Virus record (IMG/VR): IMGVR_UViG_3300023094_000009
Span: 77,285-141,284 of that record
From: a virus
Length of the DNA stretch: 64,000 bases
Strand: one strand, 5' to 3'
The notes beneath the pieces were generated by a model. The model was not told the origin of the DNA. It saw only the letters and a list, made by a program, of their open reading frames with translations, and made no database searches. Numbering within the stretch: position 1 is the stretch's first letter; each line of letters opens with the position of its first letter. Both the position numbers and the translations under genes were made by a program. Shown here piece after piece: positions 26,101 to 35,542 of the stretch.

Positions 26101-29100
26101 TCTTGTGTCAGTCTTTTATTCCCCGTGTTTAGGTATGAGCTGATCTCAAGTCCTCTAAGGATAGAGTTTTGTGTAGTGTTTGGAGTAAAATTATAATATT
26201 GTCCTTCCGCAAGTCCTATATAAGCGTGATTGTATCCTGCCCCAAGTTGCTGGAAAGTATTTAGCCACTCATACCTATAGTTTCCAAATCTGAAAAGAGT
26301 TGAAATTGTGAATGATATACCAGCAGCAATTGCAGCAGCAACAGCTAAAGGTGCAGAAATTCCCCCTGCGGAACCTTGTACTAAAAGTGTAGATGCGAAT
26401 TCTAAAACTTCTGCCGTTACTTCCAAACCTGCCAAAGTTGTTGCCAATGTTCTGGAACGTCTTCCTAAGATGGAATATTTTGGATGATTTTTGTAAGGTG
26501 CAAATGAATTATAAGAAACTCCTGTCTGGTATCCGTCAATTCCTAGCTCAAATGTTAGTGTCGGATTTTCGTAGGATGTATCAGGCGACTGAAAGGAAAA
26601 CATAAAGTTTCCAACTTTTGATGCAGAATTTGCATTTAAATTGTCAAGTTGACGAGAATCATTTAACGGATAATTTTGATAATAGGTAGTCCCACCACTC
26701 CTTGCTACATCTACATAGCTCATCATATTGAATAGGATGCCTTTTGCTATGACACTTCTTTCAGTTGTTCTATCTCCCCGAAAAATTTCATAGCCCACAA
26801 TGTCATTTCTTTCTTCTATTGAGAGATATCCATTTGTCACTGCAATATCTAAAAATGAATTGATTGTTTCATTGTCAACAACAAATCCAATTGGATAAAT
26901 TATACTTTCATTAGAAATATTATCCACAGATGCAAAAGCGGACATGAATGGAGAAACAACATTACTTGGAAACTTGTAGTGCCTTATCTGCTTGTCCATG
27001 AAGTTGGCTTCAGAGGTGAAAACATAATTTCCATCTCCGTCAACTTGTGGTGCTGCACTTCCTCCTGTCACATAATAATCTTCAAAATCATCCCTTATGG
27101 ATGACAAAATGTCAGAAGGTTTTATTTTAATACCGCTACTGTCATATAATTCCTCATTACAAGGGTATTTAATTCCAGACTCCCAATAAGAAAATTTTCC
27201 ATATTGATACGGTATTGGATCGCAATCAGATAGTTCCTGAACCTCGTAAGTACATTCTGCTTCATAAGTGTACTCTTTTGCAAAGGTGATGCTGTCATAA
27301 GCTACCACAGAAGTGTAGATAACCTCTCTTTTATAAATAGCAAAGCACCCACAAGGCGGTTGCAATGTGTGATATTCTTCTTCGTTTGATTCCACCAAGA
27401 GCAAATCCCCTGTTACATTGGCAACAACAATTGTATCATACAAGTCTTCACTCATTCGGAGTGTTATTGTTGTTCCGGCTAGGTTGTGAAGAATCCCTTG
27501 AGCATTCCATCCTACAACACTGGCTGAATAAAAGTTTGCCGTAGTTGTAGCTAAATCTGTATTGAATGTTGCTGTATAAACATCGCCATCAATAGTTAAT
27601 GTTGATGTTCCTGAAGTTCCTGTTATATTTAGATCAAACTCATGATCACTTCGCATTGGTGAATCCACAACAATGTAAGCATTGCCTGTAAAGTCTGCAC
27701 TTTCAAGTTCTATAAACCTATCGGTGTCAACTAAATCTGTCAGATCTGTAATTATTCTACCATAAGCAGGTTTTTCAGTAAGGGTTGGGCATCCGTCAAA
27801 AACTGTAATCCTGACACTGTTAGAGGTGTTGTCATCCGTGGCATTGCAGATCACTTGACTTAACTCTACAATTATTCTATCAGACGTCAGAAACTGAGCC
27901 TGAAAGTATACAGCATTGCTGTGAAGGAATGGTTCAAATACATCTGATGTAAGTGTAACAGCTTGAGAAGTGATAAGTGGTGCTTTAGTTCCTATTGAAG
28001 CTTCATCTTTCAAGTGGTATCCTGTCCCTGCAACACCTGCAAAAAAGGTTTCAATTATTGGCGCAACATTACAGGAAGTGTTTGATGGAGTCGTCTTTTC
28101 ATTTACAGAAGATCCTGCCGGAAGTGCATTTTCAATTTCTGTGTCTGTAACAGGAGGTTCAACCAAAGAATCACAAGACTCTGGGGGAAGTATCTGCGGA
28201 TATTCACTTTGAGGAACACTTACATCCTCCACTCTTTGATTTTCCACACCTGTCACCACAATCACCTCACTCACCAAAGTCGGTTCTTCACAGGTATCTC
28301 CAAATTCAGGAATACATTCTTCATAGTAGGAGTCTTCTGTCAAGGCATCCTTAATGTCTGCCAAAGCAGGATCAGAGGAAGCTAGAATTTCTGCTCTGTT
28401 CTCCTCTATCCATTGTGCTATGCCTATACTGAATGATTCTGGAATTATTCCTTCCTCGATTACATGACCTTCTGCAAGACAGCTTTCTGTTTGAGTTATG
28501 ACTTGTTCTTCTGTTGTTGCGGTTCCTTGAGGGCATACTCCTTCTACTTCTGAGGTGTCATAGAATTGCCAAATCTTATTTCTTATCTCCTCTGAACAAT
28601 TAGATGCTGATGCAGTGATAGATAGATAGTTGGTGTCATCTTCTTCTACTTCGGCGATTTCTCCCGCAAGAGGGGGTCTTGGTATGAACAGGAAGTTTGG
28701 GGTCTTGTATCCTCCCCTTTTCTTGAATACAATTGACAGAGGGAATACTTCTTCTCGTGGATAAGTTTTGTAGTTGGCAGAAGCTATTCCATTTTTATAG
28801 AGTTTTTCCAGAGATCTGCTTGATCCCCACTTCACAAAAGAGCCTAAAAAGTTTACAATTGGTTGCAGGTTAATTTCTCTGTGAGGAGTAAGACCATGCT
28901 GAAAAAGGTATCCTCCAACATCTGAAAGCCCGTCTGCTGAAAGATAAACTGTCCTTCTTCTCAAAAGTTCCTCCACTGTCACCGTATCTCCGTTCTGGAT
29001 TGATGTCTGACTTGAAACCGTAAACTCTGTCTGGCTTGTGGAATAGATTCCATAAGGGATGTATATTGGCGCAGGATTGTTTCCTGACCTGTATATAATT

Positions 29101-30014
29101 ACAATTTTATAGAAATCATAATTTAGGTCAAGGTTACTAACTTCTACAGAGAAAGCCTGATTGGTTCTGTAATCAAGTGATGTCTGATCCAGTACATTAT
29201 TATTGTAATCAATTATTGAGACATAGTTTGTGAAGGCTATGTAGTCTGAAATCTCTTCTCCTGAAATTGTGGAGTAAGCCAAGGCAACCTCGTAAATACC
29301 AGACTGGAGATTTCCTCCTCCCTGAATTATTTTAGGATCGAGGCAAGGAAAGTTGTAAAGATTAAAAATTCTTATGTCATCGCATTTAAGGCATACAGCT
29401 GTACTTTCACCTGTACATTCATCTTTGTTGAAGAAGTAGTCAGCAATGTAATCCAGTTTAATGTATCTCTGAGGCTTTCCTATCTGCGTAAAATATAATT
29501 CGTCACCACTTATGGAATGACGGATAGAAACGTCTGTAACAGGTTCATTCAAGCTGAATCCCAAACAGCCTGTGCATTCTTCTAGTTCTTCACAATAATC
29601 AGATATGATGGTGATGTATTCGCATATACCTTCCTGAATTATGTTTTCAAGCCCATCCTCCACAACAACTGACAAGGTGCAATTGCATTCCTTGGTTACA
29701 ATCTGTGTTGGATCAAGCGTAAAGTTCATGTTGATGTATCCGATTTCTGAACATCCGGTTATTGGATTTGTCAGAAAGAAATATGTCCTGTTTCTTACTC
29801 GGTCATATTTATGTTTCACCACAAAATATCCATCCTTGAATCCTGTACATTTAAGATTCGAGGGTTCATTGACAAGAATTAAGTCCCCGTCTCCATGACC
29901 TTCCTGAATGTTTGCATTGAGGGCAAATGTGTATTCTTGTGCTGTAACTTCCGAGGGGTGAAAGTTTCTGTTCATTCCCTTCTTAGGAGTAATATTTTGT
30001 GATTTCTTAATCAT
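23124..30014 (-). CDS. Tail stabilisation / muzzle-like protein (2296 aa)
   Basis: Start KKGMNRNFHPSEV...YTFALNA; GGDTYI, YGGTQH, YWADAKRGKVF, WTVAYS...WISYYSF motifs typical of crAss-like stabilisation proteins; follows ring-protein genes. Confidence 0.8.
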   Translation of the reverse strand: MIKKSQNITPKKGMNRNFHPSEVTAQEYTFALNANIQEGHGDGDLILVNEPSNLKCTGFKDGYFVVKHKYDRVRNRTYFFLTNPITGCSEIGYINMNFTLDPTQIVTKECNCTLSVVVEDGLENIIQEGICEYITIISDYCEELEECTGCLGFSLNEPVTDVSIRHSISGDELYFTQIGKPQRYIKLDYIADYFFNKDECTGESTAVCLKCDDIRIFNLYNFPCLDPKIIQGGGNLQSGIYEVALAYSTISGEEISDYIAFTNYVSIIDYNNNVLDQTSLDYRTNQAFSVEVSNLDLNYDFYKIVIIYRSGNNPAPIYIPYGIYSTSQTEFTVSSQTSIQNGDTVTVEELLRRRTVYLSADGLSDVGGYLFQHGLTPHREINLQPIVNFLGSFVKWGSSRSLEKLYKNGIASANYKTYPREEVFPLSIVFKKRGGYKTPNFLFIPRPPLAGEIAEVEEDDTNYLSITASASNCSEEIRNKIWQFYDTSEVEGVCPQGTATTEEQVITQTESCLAEGHVIEEGIIPESFSIGIAQWIEENRAEILASSDPALADIKDALTEDSYYEECIPEFGDTCEEPTLVSEVIVVTGVENQRVEDVSVPQSEYPQILPPESCDSLVEPPVTDTEIENALPAGSSVNEKTTPSNTSCNVAPIIETFFAGVAGTGYHLKDEASIGTKAPLITSQAVTLTSDVFEPFLHSNAVYFQAQFLTSDRIIVELSQVICNATDDNTSNSVRITVFDGCPTLTEKPAYGRIITDLTDLVDTDRFIELESADFTGNAYIVVDSPMRSDHEFDLNITGTSGTSTLTIDGDVYTATFNTDLATTTANFYSASVVGWNAQGILHNLAGTTITLRMSEDLYDTIVVANVTGDLLLVESNEEEYHTLQPPCGCFAIYKREVIYTSVVAYDSITFAKEYTYEAECTYEVQELSDCDPIPYQYGKFSYWESGIKYPCNEELYDSSGIKIKPSDILSSIRDDFEDYYVTGGSAAPQVDGDGNYVFTSEANFMDKQIRHYKFPSNVVSPFMSAFASVDNISNESIIYPIGFVVDNETINSFLDIAVTNGYLSIEERNDIVGYEIFRGDRTTERSVIAKGILFNMMSYVDVARSGGTTYYQNYPLNDSRQLDNLNANSASKVGNFMFSFQSPDTSYENPTLTFELGIDGYQTGVSYNSFAPYKNHPKYSILGRRSRTLATTLAGLEVTAEVLEFASTLLVQGSAGGISAPLAVAAAIAAGISFTISTLFRFGNYRYEWLNTFQQLGAGYNHAYIGLAEGQYYNFTPNTTQNSILRGLEISSYLNTGNKRLTQETTGTRYFVNNFQREKAVFFKTQDIYPFNYSFNDTSRLNIPTQETGKLGVYTLNTYSPYGTMKQYTPNQYGEVNSISWLNTGYCGVLDQDNECEIIYGGDTYITRHSVVRKFPFFTETAYKQQFDTPFKYSSYFNINTGFNIGRGFIDFKTAEDTFSASGLLFPDIKSAYSLWDGSQWVTENNNNEFYIKDDNKFLVNYFGCPYFLVESEVNCWNRYAGVEEHENFYPNADDTLDWLQEDRFSIREKETFRYNRIFSSRVHRKLSDLLPVNYSKELWDKKDDLSNAVIYSQQDNDNSLTRSPWLNYKALDFYRFSNEYGTLIDVRGIESEQILFRFTDGISILGAVDQLRDRLTSTNSQLGIGGIFVERALNFNKTDLGYGGTQHKAITSTPFGHYWADAKRGKVFELSPNAKEMPEISISLDKWFKEHLPFKILQTYPQVNVDRAYAGLGLSLGWDDRLKRVFLTKLDYIPKVKDLNYSEELGFYEGEISCPEGYTLIDGQCVMVEESEKIQIGEGFPLINAGNSAHGMQQPALYSVYNSNGTANVNVMSPTGFTFEVLPELFWTGSGVVANRLTTKFGKWVDGAYDLNVWYGGSTLIDVPETKTYYVILAADNLFRFSVDGVVILTSDATAIGPQHTGSPGAYLAQTFRQVHIYPYRLTEGCHIVTLEGLNQGSDAMFGGAILNNTAQELRDATSYSDLNYIYSTEFEDEFFEEVVYECPEGFTPVGDEVCDICTREVFAPVNYTQISFENEDYFEKAHWTVAYSPITKTWISYYSFTPNYYNSYTDYFQTGVNSTGLDNGLWTHHPLFNSYQVFYGSLYPFIVETSSQTNATNSLFESMEFYLQVRRYYNYYDFADIVDKGFNKAYIYNSFQNTGQLNLTIEKENDMSQWDEFPKQNTDATDILQSEIEGRWSFNYIYNHVKNERSGFPIWINDNVQINKTLNPDAMEYDTYWKDRLRGDYFLSRLVQDEFSQYKMFYRIGITNRDFYA

Positions 30015-30889
30015 CTTCTTCTGCCAATAACTGTGTAAGCATTTACAATCTGATTATCTTGGTATGATATCTTGTTTCCAAGTCTCTTCCAGTTCAGGTT
30101 GTTTGATTTTACTTCTGTTTGCGCGTTATGTCTTGCAGATCTTTCTTCCTGCTTCCATGGAGCATACAGACTCATAAGTCCTGCCACATTTTCTCCATTT
30201 GCTATAATCATTTCCGCTGTGGAAATCTTTAGGCGTAATTCTAGATATCTTTCCAAGTATCCATTTGGTGATTCTGGGATTTCAAGATTACCTTCCTTGT
30301 CCACAGGGAATCCATTGTATCGGATATAAATGTCACCTTCCTGAAAGTTTGCCCTTAATTCTCCGTTTATGATTGTAATTTCATCCTTGTCGCAATCATC
30401 ATACATTTTTCTGTATCCATCGAGACAATGCTTCTTGTCAAATGATTTGCTTAGCTTTAGGTATTTACCTTTCCGGTAATCAAACTTTGCAACTGAATTC
30501 TTGAAGTAAACTTCTTTCCTTACATATTCATCTGTCACTTCATGGCAACAGTCTTGGCACTCATTCCATCTGTCCTTTATCTGCTTCTCGTTCTGAATAA
30601 ATCCTAGTCCAATCAATGTCCTGTATTCTATTCCTCCCATGTCACATTTCTCAGGAGTACACATCATGGCAAGAGATAGCTTAAAGAAATTGTGTGGCAG
30701 ATCAACTCTTCCATCCTTCAAGGTCAATACGTCTTCCTGCTGATAGCAGATATCGTTTCCAAAGGCTTTCAGTGACTGAATAATTTCTTTGTAAAGGTCA
30801 TCTTCATCCACTAGCCCTGCGGTATCGTATTTTGCAAATGTTTTTTTAGTCTGAGCTACAAGGGCATCTACATTTCCTTTTAAATCCAT
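30011..30889 (-). CDS. Tail tubular/ring (adaptor) protein
   Basis: Synteny directly upstream of the muzzle gene; NFQEGDIYIRYNGFPVDKEGNLEIP motif. Confidence 0.7.
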   Translation of the reverse strand: MDLKGNVDALVAQTKKTFAKYDTAGLVDEDDLYKEIIQSLKAFGNDICYQQEDVLTLKDGRVDLPHNFFKLSLAMMCTPEKCDMGGIEYRTLIGLGFIQNEKQIKDRWNECQDCCHEVTDEYVRKEVYFKNSVAKFDYRKGKYLKLSKSFDKKHCLDGYRKMYDDCDKDEITIINGELRANFQEGDIYIRYNGFPVDKEGNLEIPESPNGYLERYLELRLKISTAEMIIANGENVAGLMSLYAPWKQEERSARHNAQTEVKSNNLNWKRLGNKISYQDNQIVNAYTVIGRRR

Positions 30890-31323
30890 TTTGTTTTCTT
30901 TAGAGAATAGTGGAATGATTTATATCTTTTTCCGGCTTGGATGTTTTCTTTCAGTTTTTGTTTGTAGGCGCTTGAGAATGTCTTGTCCATCGTCCATTCT
31001 GATCTTGTCCTTACAGGGACATAGGTGGGGAAATATTGCCTGTTGTCAGTTTCAGTGCTGTAAATGTCTTTACTTACTCCAAAGGGATTCCACACCATCT
31101 TGCGCGGGCAGAGCCAGTTAAAGAAATATCCAAGACCTTTTATGTAAACACCTCCCTTTCTTTCCAGAGTCTCTTCAGCTATAATGTCAAAAAATTCCTT
31201 TACAACTTTAAAGTATTTATCTCTTCCCTGAATCTTGAATTCCTTATTTATAGTGTTCCTGTATAAGGTGTATTCTGGTTTTTCTTTTAGAGATCGGGGA
31301 ATGTATCGTTCTTCACCTGTCAT
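30880..31323 (-). CDS. IHF/HU-like protein
   Basis: Basic; GGVYIKGLGYF HU-like motif; position between ring genes as in crAss-like phages. Confidence 0.6.
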   Translation of the reverse strand: MTGEERYIPRSLKEKPEYTLYRNTINKEFKIQGRDKYFKVVKEFFDIIAEETLERKGGVYIKGLGYFFNWLCPRKMVWNPFGVSKDIYSTETDNRQYFPTYVPVRTRSEWTMDKTFSSAYKQKLKENIQAGKRYKSFHYSLKKTKWI

Positions 31324-32060
31324 CTAACTGTTGCTGATTTTTGATTCTCATCCATATTCGGATTTTCATCTTTTGGGATTGAAACCACTGTTGACATTAA
31401 TTCTTGTAAAGTCATTGCCCTTACATTTTCAAGTAGGAGATCTGTTATAGGAAATTTCATATCCCACAAAGACTTACAATCATCTTTTTTCTTCTTGTCT
31501 CCGCATCCACAGTCTTCCACTTCCTCTTCATTTATGGCAATCATTCGGATTTTAACTGCTTCAATGTATTCAGTGATGAAAAGGTGTCCGTCTTCTATAA
31601 AATAGAAATAATCGTTTCCCGGTTTCTTGTATTTTAATTTTTTGCGGTTTTTAATCAATTCTGGGGTGGATGAGATAAACTCAATACTGTCATCAATGGA
31701 GTTAATAGAGAAAATAGCAATACCTGTCCTTCCATAAATTGTTTCAGGTATTTTACTAGTGGACTTCATTAATGTATTGCAATTGCTCAAATCAACAGAA
31801 CAACATTCAATCCTGTCAACTTCTTCCATCTCAAAACAAGGGATGACAGAAATAAGATCAAAAGCATTTCTGAGCTTGAATTCATCTACTCTCTGTGCTA
31901 GAAGCATCTTTGCTTTTGACTTCCCTATGTGTAGAACGCTTCGTCTGCTAACCCACGTATCTTTGGACAACATTTTCAGCTCATTTATAATCCCTGATAC
32001 AAAATCACCATTTGTGGCACCTCCCATACTTGATGAGCTTCCTTTTAAATTATTTTTCAT
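31320..32060 (-). CDS. Tail ring/structural protein (alternative start 32027)
   Basis: YFYFIEDGHLFI and C-terminal PKDENPN motifs; synteny. Confidence 0.7.
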   Translation of the reverse strand: MKNNLKGSSSSMGGATNGDFVSGIINELKMLSKDTWVSRRSVLHIGKSKAKMLLAQRVDEFKLRNAFDLISVIPCFEMEEVDRIECCSVDLSNCNTLMKSTSKIPETIYGRTGIAIFSINSIDDSIEFISSTPELIKNRKKLKYKKPGNDYFYFIEDGHLFITEYIEAVKIRMIAINEEEVEDCGCGDKKKKDDCKSLWDMKFPITDLLLENVRAMTLQELMSTVVSIPKDENPNMDENQKSATVR

Positions 32061-33153
32061 AATTCTCTATTAGCGATTGCCCTCGCTGTTTAATTGTTAA
32101 ACTTGCTTCAAAGTCTGCATTACCTTCATGATTGCATTTTATACATTTGAAGCTCTCTTGTGTTTTTCTGTTCTCCTTTGAGATGTGTCCACACTTTGAG
32201 CATTCCTGTGAAGTGTATTTAGCATCTACCTTAATTACATTTGTTTTGTAAGATAAATATTTTCCAAATTTGTACCAACTGACATCCGAGATAGATTTTG
32301 AGTAATTCTTATCTTGAATCATTTCTGAAATTTTCAAGTCCTCTACAAAAACTGTTTGATAATTGTTAGCTAAACTTCTTGAGACTTTATGCAAGTAATC
32401 CTCTCTAACTCTCTGGATTTTTAAGTAAACTTTTTTTACTTTCTCCACCTCCTTGTAAAAATTATTAGATCCTTTTTTCTTTAGAGATAATTTTCTTTGA
32501 ACTTCAGCTAATTTATCTGCATATTTTTTGGTTGTTTTTATATTTTCAAAAAACTTACCCTCAGAGGTAGCTACAAAATGTTTAATTCCTAAATCAATTC
32601 CTACTTCTGCTTGATTCTTGCATTTTTGGACTTCATGGTCGGTAATTATTTGTAGGTAGTACCCATCTGCTTTTTTGACTACTCTTGCTAATTTTATGTT
32701 TCCACTTATTTCTCTGCTTTTAAATATTTTTATTTTTCCTATTTTAGGTAAGATAAATCTACCATCTTTTTCAAACCTTAAACTGTGATGATTAGTTTTA
32801 GTATTTCCTTGCTTGAATTCTATGGATTTCCAATCTTTCTTTTTAGCCCATTTTGGTGGATTTGTTTTAACACCTTTTTTTAAATCTGCATAAAATTTAT
32901 CGTATCCTCTATATAATCTTTCGATAATTCCTTGTAGTGTATGAGATTGGACACCCTTAATCCAAGTAAATTCCTTTTTTAGTGCAGGTAGTTGTTTCAT
33001 TAAATCAAACTTACCTAAGCTTAAACCTTGTGAATAAGCATATTCCTTTGTTTCTTTCGCTAAATTATACACACAACGAGTTGTATTTAAATGGTCTTCA
33101 AACTTTTGTGTTAAAGTATGGGTTGTTTTTATTTTAAAGGTGTATGTGAGCAT
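32050..33153 (-). CDS. tnpB: IS200/IS605-family RNA-guided endonuclease TnpB (solo, no tnpA)
   Basis: RCVYNLA N-terminus; RuvC GIDLG, VEDL, NADFEAS; Zn finger TSQECSKCGH...FKCIKCNH; visibly more AT-rich than flanks. Confidence 0.93.
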   Translation of the reverse strand: MLTYTFKIKTTHTLTQKFEDHLNTTRCVYNLAKETKEYAYSQGLSLGKFDLMKQLPALKKEFTWIKGVQSHTLQGIIERLYRGYDKFYADLKKGVKTNPPKWAKKKDWKSIEFKQGNTKTNHHSLRFEKDGRFILPKIGKIKIFKSREISGNIKLARVVKKADGYYLQIITDHEVQKCKNQAEVGIDLGIKHFVATSEGKFFENIKTTKKYADKLAEVQRKLSLKKKGSNNFYKEVEKVKKVYLKIQRVREDYLHKVSRSLANNYQTVFVEDLKISEMIQDKNYSKSISDVSWYKFGKYLSYKTNVIKVDAKYTSQECSKCGHISKENRKTQESFKCIKCNHEGNADFEASLTIKQRGQSLIENYEK

Positions 33154-33232
33154 TAGTTGGTTTAAAATCTTCTATGTAAAATTAGGAAGAAATTTACTCA
33201 TTTTAAAATTAATTACGTTTTACTACATAATC

Positions 33233-33260
33233 AAAAAGACCACTTTTGAGGGTGGTCTTT
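33233..33260 (-). terminator. Rho-independent terminator
   Basis: AAAGACCAC/GTGGTCTTT stem plus T-run after the 601-aa gene. Confidence 0.75.
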
Positions 33261-33288
33261 ATCTTATATTTTATAAATGAAAAAGTTT

Positions 33289-35094
33289 TTAGTATATCTT
33301 GATGGCTACAATTCCAGCCTCATTTACCCTGACATTTCCTAAACTAACTCCTCCTGCCAAACTTCCCCAGATTTCAATCACATCTCCTGTGGTAGCTGTT
33401 GTGTAGGTTATAGTTTGGATATCTGCATCTCCCGCTGTTTGAGTTAATAATGTGAGAATTGGAATGTTAAACACAGCTGTGGTGTTACTTAAGTCTCCTG
33501 CTGTATTATTAGTCCGTCTCAGCTTAAACGTTGCTGAATTTGCCACTAAAGTTGTAAGTCCTACATAATCTACTTTAACATTTGAGAGAATCAAGTATGT
33601 ACCTGCTGAAGGTAATGTAACTGTAGAGCTTGTTGTTCCACCTGAAATTTTAGCTGAACTGGTTGTTAGATTATAGCCAGTTCCTGTTAAATATCCTGAT
33701 GGGGAATTGCCAGAAGCTGGCGAAGAAGAAGGTGCTTGCCATGACACTGATGATCCGTTTGTGGAGAGCATTTTACCCGACTGTCCAGTTTGAGAAGGTA
33801 ATTCTATTTCATTTGTCACTGAGCCGTCTACTTCTGCTGTTAAATATACACTGTTATCATAACTAATTGTTGTCCCTGTTGCTTTAACAAATCCGGCTCC
33901 ATTTAACTGACTTTGTTTGCCGTTTACATTTGTAGTGAGTGTGTTTATGGAACTCATTGCTGCATTACTAGTCATAATTTTACCAGAAGGAAATGTATCT
34001 GATATAAGAGCATACTTAGCATCTGTTGCCGTTTTGGTGTAATAGTTTGTGTTGGCGGTTGCTGTTTTTAGATATGGTGACAGCATTGAAGATGTATCCG
34101 AAATATTCACTTTGAGATTCAAAGCTGTTTGAGTGGCAGTAGATACTGGCTTGGAAGCATCACTAGTATTATCTGCATTTCCAAGTCCTACTTGACCCTT
34201 ATTCATATTTGTCAATAATGATCCATTTCCTGTCTTCTTTAGGTATGGAGAGAGCATTGTTAAGCTATCTGAAATATGAACTGAAAGGGGATCGGTTTCT
34301 GCTGTTAAGAATCCTGACCCGTTTGTAAGTTGATTTGTGTTTGTCGGAATTGTAGGTTTATTTGTAAGATTATTGTAGTCTCCATTAAAAAGTGTCGGAA
34401 GACCGATCAAGTCAGAGTATAAACCACTTGTAGCTACAGTAGAGAAAGTAGGTTTGCCTGTAATAGCTGACCAACTCACTGAACTCAAATATCCATTCGG
34501 ATTTGTAGCCCCATTGTAGGGTGTATAACCAATAATCGGCTGATAAGTGGAGGATGCAATAACTGATGTCAGATATCCAGCAGAAGCATGATTACCCCAT
34601 CCAAAAGCTGTATTCCAATTGGTAACATTCGTTCCTGTAATTCCATGGGAAGGTGATGTTATCCATAAAGGATCTGTTTCAGTGTAGGAAGTCAGGTATG
34701 TTCCCTTCTTCTGCCATTTACTAGTTGTGTCCGTAATAAGCAGATACTTGCTTCCTAGAGCAGTTCTTAACACTGTCAGGGAGTCCTTTACCTGAATTGG
34801 GGTTGTAAAAGTGGTATAAGATATATTTTTTAATCTTCCTGATGGAGTAGAAATTACTAATCTGTTACCTGTTCCAGAAAGGTACTTGAATGCTACAGAG
34901 TCTTGGTGAAAATATACATAAATTGAATCTCTTAATTTAAACCAAACTTTTCTGTTTCCCGAAGTGCTTCCAGGAGACATGGTTCGATACATTTCATAGC
35001 TTCCATCAATAGTGTTTCCATTTGCTCCTGTAGCATTTTGAGAAAATGTATTTAATCCAAAAAGTAAAAATAATGCTAAAATTGTGTTCTTCAT
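33289..35094 (-). CDS. Tail-fibre-like protein with N-terminal signal peptide (601 aa)
   Basis: MKNTILALFLLFGLNTFS-Q; fibre motifs ETDP, WNTAFGWGNHASAGYLT, NKPTIPT, VGLGNADNTSDASKPVSTATQTAL. Confidence 0.75.
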   Translation of the reverse strand: MKNTILALFLLFGLNTFSQNATGANGNTIDGSYEMYRTMSPGSTSGNRKVWFKLRDSIYVYFHQDSVAFKYLSGTGNRLVISTPSGRLKNISYTTFTTPIQVKDSLTVLRTALGSKYLLITDTTSKWQKKGTYLTSYTETDPLWITSPSHGITGTNVTNWNTAFGWGNHASAGYLTSVIASSTYQPIIGYTPYNGATNPNGYLSSVSWSAITGKPTFSTVATSGLYSDLIGLPTLFNGDYNNLTNKPTIPTNTNQLTNGSGFLTAETDPLSVHISDSLTMLSPYLKKTGNGSLLTNMNKGQVGLGNADNTSDASKPVSTATQTALNLKVNISDTSSMLSPYLKTATANTNYYTKTATDAKYALISDTFPSGKIMTSNAAMSSINTLTTNVNGKQSQLNGAGFVKATGTTISYDNSVYLTAEVDGSVTNEIELPSQTGQSGKMLSTNGSSVSWQAPSSSPASGNSPSGYLTGTGYNLTTSSAKISGGTTSSTVTLPSAGTYLILSNVKVDYVGLTTLVANSATFKLRRTNNTAGDLSNTTAVFNIPILTLLTQTAGDADIQTITYTTATTGDVIEIWGSLAGGVSLGNVRVNEAGIVAIKIY

Positions 35095-35111
35095 CTATGT
35101 GTGTTGGTTGG

Positions 35112-35540
35112 TTACTCTTCAATTATTCCAGCGAGTCTTAAACTAGCTAATATTTTATTTAATGTTCCTTGTATATCAGAACCATCGTCATCAGGAATTG
35201 GAGGTTGTACTTCAAAAATGGAATTTATCACAGGATTTTGGGGATCTGTATTATCTACTAAATCGCCACTTATGCCCTGAACTCCCATTGACTGTTCAAT
35301 GTCTGCCATTGTAGCAACAGGATTGTCAGCAGAAAGGTTATTGCCATTTTGCATACCCAGAATCTGTGAAACTGTAAAATTCTCCAACCTGATAATTTCA
35401 TTGTCAGAATTTTTATAAGACAATCTTTCTGCGTCTGAACTGAAATATATTTCAAATCTTGAAGCTCTGTCATCAGATTTTCTACTGAACAACACATCTG
35501 TAAAATTACCTCTGTACTTCTTGTTCTTACTATTACCCAT
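35112..35540 (-). CDS. Small fibre-like structural protein
   Basis: VDNTDPQNPVIN and C-terminal LNKILASLRLAGII, a head-fibre-like ending. Confidence 0.55.
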   Translation of the reverse strand: MGNSKNKKYRGNFTDVLFSRKSDDRASRFEIYFSSDAERLSYKNSDNEIIRLENFTVSQILGMQNGNNLSADNPVATMADIEQSMGVQGISGDLVDNTDPQNPVINSIFEVQPPIPDDDGSDIQGTLNKILASLRLAGIIEE

Positions 35541-35542
35541 TT

